Below are positions 57,577 through 64,000 of a stretch of 64,000 bases of DNA, in pieces (the stretch's first letter is position 1; each line of letters begins with the position of its first letter). The translations under genes and the position numbers were made by a program. This DNA is from Acidobacteriota bacterium (GTDB lineage: Bacteria > Acidobacteriota > Blastocatellia > RBC074): NCBI GenBank assembly GCA_016710075.1, contig JADJLO010000038.1, positions 238,137-302,136 of the forward strand, written 5' to 3'. The notes beneath the pieces are model-generated. The model was not told the origin of the DNA. It did not search any database and saw nothing but the letters and a program-made list of their open reading frames with translations.

Positions 57577-58773
57577 CTAGTTGAGCTTGACCGCCTTGTA
57601 ACCGCCCTTCGAATAGTCCCTGATCCACCATACCGCAAAGACGACAAAGGGGATAATTGCCAGCATTGCCACCCACTTGAAGGATTGGGCGTCTCCGATC
57701 CTGTCGCGGATCTTGCCCATGTTGAATATCACCAGCCCGAGCATAAACTGCCCGGCAAACCCCATCAGTCCCATGGTGAAGGCCCCGCCCTGCGGAAATC
57801 TCTCCGAAGTGATGCCAAGCATCGTCGGCCACATAAAACAGACACCGACATAAAAGACCGTAGCCGCCATATATGCCGTTGTCGGAGATCCGGCATTCGA
57901 CAACAGGTAGAGGCCCACCGAGGCTATCGTCACCGAAGCCCACATCATCCCAATCGGTGAAATCCTGTGGGCAATCGGACCGGCAAAATACCTCAGCACA
58001 AACATTAACGCGCTTCCATAAACCAGAATCAGGATGCCGCTCATCGTTCGCCAGCTTGGTCAGGACCGAATCGACCATCTGACCCGGCGCCAGCTCAATC
58101 GAAGCAGTGATCATCTGCATCCCAGCAGCAGCAGGAATGCCGGATTGAGCGCGGTCTTGAGCATCTCACCCGTCGAAATACCAGAGGCCACACGCTCTGT
58201 CGGAGGGAATTTCTGCCCGAAAATCAGGATCCCATAGAGGAGTGTCGGAACCAGAATGATCCCCATCTGGAGTTGCCAGTGCAACCCGAAATGCTTCATG
58301 AAATAACCCAGCAGCCCTCCTATGATCAGCCCCCCAGGCCACCATGAATGCAGCACATTGAGCTTGTGCGTCTTCTCCTCTGGAAACATTGTCGCAATCA
58401 AGGGATTAATCACCGCCTCTACCAGCCCGTTGCCAAACCCCGCAAGCAACATCGAAAGATACATGACCAGGTAACTGGGAGCCATGATAAACCCCACAAT
58501 ACCAACAATATGCAGCGAAAACGCAAGGTAGAGAAGGTTCCTCATTCCCAGCGCATCGAGCATTGGCGAGGTCACCAGGATCGATGCCGCAAAACCAAAA
58601 AATGCCATGGTCGAGATCCACGCATAATCGGCTTTTGCTTCACTCTGTTTGAAAAAACTGCCTAACGCTGGGTCGTTCAAGACGAGATCCTCGACGTTGC
58701 CACGCAGCGCAAATATCATCGCCGTGACAACCAGAGCCAGACAACTGGCTATAAACAGCCTTCGTTGATTCAT
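57577..58773 (-). CDS. MFS transporter, interrupted in the central cytoplasmic loop (two frame changes ~66 nt apart / two in-frame TGA)
   Basis: Track ORFs 58111..58851 (TM1-6, start at internal MNQRRLF… with SD) and 57577..58044 (TM7-12) are in the same frame but separated by two TGA codons. The intervening segment reads as clean protein (…QMITASIELAPGQMVDSVLTKLANDE…) only in another frame. Confidence 0.6.
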
Positions 58774-59029
58774 GTTTTTTTCCTCCGGCATTGCTGGATT
58801 TATTTTTTTTACGTTGGGTACCTGGAATCGCCCCGCATCCTGGTTTCGCAAAATTTCGCGTGATTATGTATTCAAGATCCGGAAAAGGCAATCGGGATGC
58901 TGCTGTGAAGCTTAAAGTTCCGGATCCAAAGTCAAAAGAAATCTCCCTCAAGAATTAATTTCTCAAAGAATGTGAAAATCAGATAAACTATCCCCCGTTT
59001 ATTAATTTTCCGATTACTAATCATAAATA

Positions 59030-59236
59030 ATGACTAGTGATCTTGATTTACCTGCTGAAACAACATTAGAAATGAAAAAAAACGGTGTGAAAATTTTACC
59101 AGGTGAGTCCAACCTGCACACATTTGCCGAATTAACATTAAAATCAGTAGATGTTGTAGTTTATGGGGGAAAAGCCGGAAACTTTATGGAACAATTCATA
59201 ACCCGGAGCGTGTCAGCGTCAGAAGATGTTCACTGA
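59030..59236 (+). CDS. possible small ORF (68 aa) inside a ~470-bp AT-rich island
   Basis: ORF present but no SD; region GC far below window average; coding status uncertain. Confidence 0.2.
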   Translation: MTSDLDLPAETTLEMKKNGVKILPGESNLHTFAELTLKSVDVVVYGGKAGNFMEQFITRSVSASEDVH

Positions 59237-59330
59237 ACGCTCGAATTGCGGCAAGAGTCATTAGAAAATACTGACCGCAATAAGGCACCTCATCAGACCT
59301 GAGCGATAAAAGCGATCAAAAGCAATAGAG

Positions 59331-60245
59331 ATGAACCATCTTCCACAAGAAGAACCCGGGGCACAAGAAGAGCCCGGGGCCGCAGATCAGACCGGGCCGG
59401 ATCTAACAGATCAAGCAGATCCAACAGATCAGGCAGATCAGGCAGATCAGGCAGATCCAATCGAAGCTTCGATAAAAGATCAAAAAAATGCCCGGGACGA
59501 GCGGATTGAAACAGGCATCAAACCAATGTCATCTCTGGCATCAACCGCCGGCTCAAATTTTGGTTCAAAGGACAGGGAGTTGAAGACAGAGAATCCGGCG
59601 CTGTCAGGCGAACAGCCAGAGATGGCAGATCAGGCAGAAAAGCCCGGTCCGGTCGCTGATAAAATCGCCGATAAAATCGACGATCACGCGCTGCTCGAAG
59701 CGACGCGCAACGGTGATGAGGATGCCTTCCAGGAACTTGTGAGACGCTACCGTAATCAGATAACCAATTACGTCTACAGGATGTTGAATGATTACGACAG
59801 GGCGGTTGACATTGCGCAGGAAACTTTCGTCAGGGTTTATATGCATGCCGACAGATATCAGGCAACATATAATTTCTCGACATACATCTACCGGATCGCA
59901 TACAACCTCGCGATCACGGAACTGCGGCAGAGAAAACGAAGAAGGCTGATACCGCTGCCGACTTTCTTTTCGGACAAGGACAGCCAGGAGATAGAGGTTG
60001 AGCTTCCAGATCAGAAGCAGGTTCTGGCAGATGACGCGATGATCGATGACGAGAGACGTCGTGCGGTCTCAAAGGCAATAGCGAGCCTGCCGGATATTTA
60101 CAGAGCCCCGCTGGTGCTCTGCGATATTGAAGAAAAGAGCTACGAAGAGATCTCTGAAATTCTTGGATTGCCGGCCGGAACGGTGAAATCCCGTATCAAC
60201 CGGGCCAGGAATCTTCTGAAAGAAAAACTCAGAGAGTTTATTTAG
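59331..60245 (+). CDS. ECF-type sigma-70 family RNA polymerase sigma factor with ~115-aa acidic N-terminal extension containing DQA tandem repeats
   Basis: Region 2 (…FQELVRRYRNQITNYVYRML…AQETFVRVY…YIYRIAYNLAITELRQRKRR…) and region 4 (…SYEEISEILGLPAGTVKSRINRARNLLKEKL…); N-terminus …GPDLTDQADPTDQADQADQADPIE…. Confidence 0.85.
   Translation: MNHLPQEEPGAQEEPGAADQTGPDLTDQADPTDQADQADQADPIEASIKDQKNARDERIETGIKPMSSLASTAGSNFGSKDRELKTENPALSGEQPEMADQAEKPGPVADKIADKIDDHALLEATRNGDEDAFQELVRRYRNQITNYVYRMLNDYDRAVDIAQETFVRVYMHADRYQATYNFSTYIYRIAYNLAITELRQRKRRRLIPLPTFFSDKDSQEIEVELPDQKQVLADDAMIDDERRRAVSKAIASLPDIYRAPLVLCDIEEKSYEEISEILGLPAGTVKSRINRARNLLKEKLREFI
59406..59457 (+). repeat. tandem 9-bp repeats (CAGATCAGG-type, about five units) encoding the DQADQADQAD tract
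   Basis: Seen: CAGATCAAGCAGATCCAACAGATCAGGCAGATCAGGCAGATCAGGCAGATCC. Confidence 0.8.
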
Positions 60246-60307
60246 ACAGGCAGTAAAGCCAGTCAGTATAGTTTGATCCGGGTAATTAAAAGTTGGAGAT
60301 TATATTA

Positions 60308-60655
60308 ATGACCTGTAAAGATATTAAAACGTCAATTGATTCGGCATCCCGACGGGACCCGGTCGCGCCATCAGTCAAGTCCCATCTGATGGAATGCACG
60401 GATTGCAGCAGTTATTCCGATCAGACGATGGGTCTGATTGCACTGCTCAGGGCCCAGCCGATGGTTGAGGTGCCTTCAGATTTCGACTTCAAGCTGCGGG
60501 CGAGAATTGCAAGAGCCAAGTCCGAGCCTGAATCAACGTCCATTCTTGGGCATCTCTGGGCGAAAACTTTTTCCTGGGGACAGACGGCAACAGCGGCTGC
60601 GGCGCTTGGTCTGGTGTTGACCTTCGTCACCTACAATTATATGCACCGATCCTAA
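60308..60655 (+). CDS. zf-HC2-type anti-sigma factor; probably continues in the +1 frame to ~60968 (periplasmic domain), i.e. frameshifted near 60645
   Basis: …HLMECTDCSSY… zinc-finger motif, TM segment (…TATAAAALGLVLTFVTY…). Track ORF 60711..60968 is in a frame that is open back to ~60621 and reads as a T/A/S-rich periplasmic domain. Removing one C at CACC (~60645) fuses them. Confidence 0.6.
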   Translation: MTCKDIKTSIDSASRRDPVAPSVKSHLMECTDCSSYSDQTMGLIALLRAQPMVEVPSDFDFKLRARIARAKSEPESTSILGHLWAKTFSWGQTATAAAALGLVLTFVTYNYMHRS

Positions 60656-61070
60656 CGCCATTGTCCAGGGTGTTTCGACTTCGGCAGTTGCGAGCCTGAC
60701 AGAGCAGGCTTTGCCGGCGGCGGGGGCAACCTTGCCGACCGAAGCTGCAAAGACGACACGAGTCGCCAGCAGAAACGTGCACCAGCCCGTTTTGATGCCA
60801 GTGCTGGAAAAATCCGGCGTTGAAAACCAGGGCAATCAGAGAAATGACGGCACCTGGAAAGCCTACAATTCCGAAAAGAGGCAGATAGTTGCGGCTCCAT
60901 CGAGTTCGACGCTGGTTGGAGCTGAAGGCTACGCGGTCAAGACTGCCGCTTTTGTGCCTTCAATCTAGTGACCGAGGAGTTGTTGAGATATATTTCAGGC
61001 CGCAGGTGAGCCTCTCGCCCTGCGGCCTTAATCCTTTGTTTTGTACCGCCAAAAGTTCACTTCAATCAGA

Positions 61071-62690
61071 ATGTCTCTGCGAGTCCGATTCCGCAACACA
61101 GCTGTTTTATTCTGGATTCTCGCGCTAATTGCCTCAGTGCCCGGCCAGATTCCGAAGCAGCCGGGCAGTAAAAACCGCCAGGCCACACCCCGCACAGCTA
61201 AACAAAAACAAGACCTGGAACAGGAAAAAGATCCCGGGGCGAATCTGCTCAGACAGGATGCTCCGAAAGGTTGGGTTTGGGTCACTCAAATCGTGGACCT
61301 TTCACAGCAACTTGGAGGTGAAGCCGCGATCATGACGCTGGATGGAGAGCCTGTGCCATCAATGCAGCGACGCAGAATAACGCTCGGTCTGATTCTGGAT
61401 AACGAAGGGCACATTGCGACCAGACTGATAGATGTGACGCCGAACAGGCCACCGATTAACATCTCCGTTCGCGCGTTGGGATCGAGACCTGCTACGGCTG
61501 ACTTTATCGGGATGGATACGGTCAGCGGGCTCTGTGTCCTGAAAACCGACGACGAGAGCATCAAAGCCGGTGCTTTTTCAAGCCCGGATCCGCTCCCGCT
61601 CCGCATGGATATCAATCTGTATGGTTTTCATCCGAACAAGCCGCTCAATCTGGATTCGGCTGTAGTGGCCGGCAGTCCACGTGTAATCCTGTTCAAAGGC
61701 AGAATTTCCAAAGCGCTCGGCGATTTCCGATACAATCAGGGAAACCCAATTTATACACTTGTCAGTCCTGGATTGACTGCGGTGCAGGATTGCAGCCTGA
61801 TTCTTGACCGGGGAAACTCGATCTTCGGACTGGCCATTTACAACATGGGAGCCGGCGGCAAACACCTTGTTTATCCCGTTTCAATGATTCAGAAAATCAC
61901 GCAATTGGTGATCAACACACACAAAAGCATATCGCACGGATGGCTTGGAGCAACAGGCATCGATGAGTACGGAAGAATGATCACGCCGACATCGAAAGCG
62001 AGCAATCCGACAGTCTCGGAAAGAGGTGTGAGGATCACAGCCGTGGCTCCCGACAGTCCGGCAGAGATTGCCGGCGTGCGCCCGAAAGACATTCTCCTCA
62101 ACGTCAATGATCGACGGATCGAGACATATGCACAATTGGCAAGCCTGATAAGGCAGATCCCGGCCAACAACGAAATAAGCCTTCGTGTAAAAAGAGGCAT
62201 TGAATACAAGGTGCTCAGGGCGAAGCTGGTTGCCGCCCCCGCGGTTGAACCCGAACAACAACTGATAGCTTTCGCCAGAAGGCTTGAATCAATGGAAGAA
62301 GAGCTGAGGCTGCTGCCTCCGAGCGATCCGGCCAGGAACAAACTGGAATCCAAGGTCGACATGATGAGGCATTTCGTAGGGGCAGTGACAGGCCCGGCGC
62401 CACCCGAGATCAGACTGCGTGTTTTTTACGGAATGGAAGTTCAGCCTCTGACCGGCCAGTTGATGAATTACTTTTCGGTCTCACAGGGGCTGCTCATTTC
62501 AAATGTGCTCGAAGGCAACCGGGCATTTAAATCCGGTCTCAAAGCGGGCGATGTGATAACTAAAATAGGCGATATCGTCATTACCGATATGACAAGCCTC
62601 ATGACTGGCCTGGATAAATGGGTCAACGGGCAGTTGCAAATAACCGTATCGCGCCGTCATGAAAGCCTGAAGTTGAATTTCAAGAATTGA
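61071..62690 (+). CDS. HtrA/DegP-like PDZ-domain protein with degenerate trypsin-like domain
   Basis: Signal peptide (MSLRVRFRNTAVLFWILALIASVPG); GNS-containing remnant (…LDRGNSIFGLAIY…) rather than canonical GNSGGPL; two PDZ-like segments (…GDILLNVNDRRIETYAQLASLI…, …GDVITKIGDIVITDMTSL…). Confidence 0.55.
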   Translation: MSLRVRFRNTAVLFWILALIASVPGQIPKQPGSKNRQATPRTAKQKQDLEQEKDPGANLLRQDAPKGWVWVTQIVDLSQQLGGEAAIMTLDGEPVPSMQRRRITLGLILDNEGHIATRLIDVTPNRPPINISVRALGSRPATADFIGMDTVSGLCVLKTDDESIKAGAFSSPDPLPLRMDINLYGFHPNKPLNLDSAVVAGSPRVILFKGRISKALGDFRYNQGNPIYTLVSPGLTAVQDCSLILDRGNSIFGLAIYNMGAGGKHLVYPVSMIQKITQLVINTHKSISHGWLGATGIDEYGRMITPTSKASNPTVSERGVRITAVAPDSPAEIAGVRPKDILLNVNDRRIETYAQLASLIRQIPANNEISLRVKRGIEYKVLRAKLVAAPAVEPEQQLIAFARRLESMEEELRLLPPSDPARNKLESKVDMMRHFVGAVTGPAPPEIRLRVFYGMEVQPLTGQLMNYFSVSQGLLISNVLEGNRAFKSGLKAGDVITKIGDIVITDMTSLMTGLDKWVNGQLQITVSRRHESLKLNFKN

Positions 62691-62825
62691 GCGGCGCCTG
62701 AATCATCCTGCCCCCGCCACCCCTTCCGGCACGAACTTTTTCAATCATCTTCAACCGTTGCGACGCCTGAGCAGTCCTGATATTCTCTGTTTTCGAATAT
62801 AGAGAATGAGAAAGCCGCTGACAAA

Positions 62826-63161
62826 TTGAAATTACAGATGTCCGCCAAGATCACCGTTATTGTATACATCCTTATCTGCTTTGAGGTCGGGGTGTTGTTG
62901 CTCATCCTGCCCTGGACTCATTTCTGGGAGGACAATATCTTTTTATACTTCATCACCGGCAAGCTGAATGCGGCGTGGGTGCCGACATTCATGACCAGCG
63001 GATATGTCAGAGGAGCGGTGACAGGACTTGGCGTGCTCAATATCCTTGCCGGGTTAAGGGACATATTCAAGTTCAGGGATAGCGTGGAAGCGCTGTCGTC
63101 ATATGCTGACACCCAGAAAGAAAGATCCCAGGATGCTTCGGTTGAAGCCCCCGCCAAATAA
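62826..63161 (+). CDS. small hypothetical membrane protein
   Basis: 111 aa, 2-3 TM. Confidence 0.4.
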   Translation: MKLQMSAKITVIVYILICFEVGVLLLILPWTHFWEDNIFLYFITGKLNAAWVPTFMTSGYVRGAVTGLGVLNILAGLRDIFKFRDSVEALSSYADTQKERSQDASVEAPAK

Positions 63162-63798
63162 CTTGATCTACCTGATCACCAATAGAAAATCTTATCAATC
63201 CGATGATCGAGGGTCTGAATCAGATAAACAGATTGAGGCCGTCAGGATCGCAGCAGAAGCCGGATGTCAATTAATACAGATCCGTGAGAAGGACCTGGAA
63301 ACAGGGGCTTTGAGTCGTTTTTCGCGATCGGCCATCGAGGCGGCGCATCGATATGACAAAAAAGTTTTGATCAACGACCGGCTCGATGTGGCATTTGCAG
63401 TGGGCGCAGACGGGGTGCATCTGAGAGTCGACTCAATTCCGTGTTCGGCGGCACGCAGGGCAGCGGATGCAAGAGGGTTGACGGATTTCATGATCGGAGT
63501 CTCGACCCACTCACTCGATCAAGCACTGGATGCGTGGGATTCCGGGGCCGATTTCATAGTCTGCGGACCGGTTTTTGAGACGCCGACGAAGATGGCATAC
63601 GGCGCCCCGCTGGGGCTTGAACGATTCGGCGAGATCTGTCGGCGGGTGAGGATTCCAGTCATTGCCCTCGGCGGCGTAACCCTTGCCAATTATCGAGAGG
63701 CGATCGAAGCCGGAGCCGCAGGCATTGCAGCCATCGGGTTGTTTGCAAACCCGGACAAGTTAAAGTTAGATGAGGTCATCAAAGAATTACTGACTTGA
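63103..63798 (+). CDS. thiE: thiamine-phosphate synthase
   Basis: …LIYLITNR…LIQIREKDL…VHL…GVSTHS…GADFIVCGPVFETPTK…IPVIALGGV… canonical ThiE blocks. Start may be the internal ATG at 63133 (the 63103 start overlaps the upstream small ORF). Confidence 0.85.
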   Translation: MLTPRKKDPRMLRLKPPPNNLIYLITNRKSYQSDDRGSESDKQIEAVRIAAEAGCQLIQIREKDLETGALSRFSRSAIEAAHRYDKKVLINDRLDVAFAVGADGVHLRVDSIPCSAARRAADARGLTDFMIGVSTHSLDQALDAWDSGADFIVCGPVFETPTKMAYGAPLGLERFGEICRRVRIPVIALGGVTLANYREAIEAGAAGIAAIGLFANPDKLKLDEVIKELLT

Positions 63799-63806
63799 AT
63801 CAGCTA

Positions 63807-64000
63807 TCATCCATTGCTTAATTTTGTCCTGATCTGATCATTATCGAGCGCAGCCATGATTGAAGCGACATCTCCGATGCGGTTGCCCAGACCGGCAGGG
63901 ACGATCCGGCAGGCGGCCACAGCCTGAGGCAGAGCCTCTTGAGCAAGGGTCTGCCTTGCGGTCAGAAAAATTCTTTCACCCAGAGCGACCGCCAGTGAGC
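63807..64000 (-). CDS. C-terminal fragment of an unidentified gene running off the window end
   Basis: Minus-strand open frame to window end, translation …LTARQTLAQEALPQAVAACRIVPAGLGNRIGDVASIMAALDNDQIRTKLSNG*; not identifiable from this fragment. Confidence 0.3.
   Translation of the reverse strand, partial: SLAVALGERIFLTARQTLAQEALPQAVAACRIVPAGLGNRIGDVASIMAALDNDQIRTKLSNG

Noticed and set aside
58044-58111. Two in-frame TGA codons in the MFS loop as selenocysteine or alternative genetic code
   Set aside because: Other genes in the window terminate with TGA normally, there is no SECIS-like context, and a different frame encodes clean loop sequence, so frame changes explain it better.
60711-60968. 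Independent 85-aa gene downstream of the anti-sigma factor
   Set aside because: It has a TTG pseudo-start only, its frame is open a further ~90 nt upstream into the anti-sigma gene, and its composition fits the missing periplasmic domain; treated as a frameshifted continuation.

Overview
GC-rich (~58-60%) bacterial chromosomal segment, gene-dense and mostly minus-strand coded; this looks like an environmental Gram-negative genome, but I cannot place it taxonomically from sequence alone.

Content from 5' to 3':
- A kynurenine-pathway pair, kynureninase (5' part off-window) plus tryptophan 2,3-dioxygenase.
- A polysaccharide export/polymerisation block at 2979-8601: Wza-like exporter, polyprenyl glycosylphosphotransferase, BY-kinase, ExeA-like ATPase, Wzz-like co-polymerase. 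It resembles the gene sets found around exosortase (PEP-CTERM) systems.
- About 20 kb of housekeeping genes: amino-acid permease, ABC ATPase, a 7TM-HD protein fused to a P-loop kinase domain, an HDAC-like protein, hom, a two-component system, CutA, DapF, a PfkB kinase, MtnP, a PPIase, methylmalonyl-CoA epimerase, MeaB.
- A second ~20 kb all-minus-strand polysaccharide biosynthesis/modification block at 29496-49189. It holds seven glycosyltransferases, an AsnB-type amidotransferase, an O-antigen-ligase-like protein, a FemAB-like protein, a polysaccharide deacetylase and a tandem SAM methyltransferase. Embedded in it are a PduO-type adenosyltransferase, two secreted alpha/beta-hydrolase paralogs and a cytochrome-c-fused PQQ-type beta-propeller dehydrogenase.
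- Then a sigma-like 422-aa protein behind a 650-bp AT-rich region, membrane proteins, a class A beta-lactamase-family protein, GlpX, Tdk, an M20 peptidase, DsbA-like, a disrupted MFS transporter, an ECF sigma/anti-sigma/HtrA-like PDZ module and ThiE.

No rRNA, tRNA, CRISPR array, transposase or obvious prophage gene was recognised.

Non-coding findings:
- Two families of hairpin (MITE/REP-like) elements.
- A recurring AACTTTAAACTTT-type intergenic motif.
- Several short tandem repeats.
- At least five conserved genes interrupted by single-nucleotide frame changes (hom, asnB-like, Wza-like, MFS, anti-sigma). Either this sequence has frequent indel errors or several genes are genuinely decaying.

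The most system-like novelty candidates:
- The two-part exosortase-style EPS locus with its embedded redox/hydrolase/methyltransferase module.
- The 7TM-HD::PNK-like kinase fusion.
- The hairpin-element families.

Minus-strand coordinates follow the ORF track. Several ORF-track starts are TTG/GTG; I gave a nearer ATG where one is preceded by a Shine-Dalgarno sequence. Repeat coordinates read off the printed sequence are approximate (+/-2 nt).
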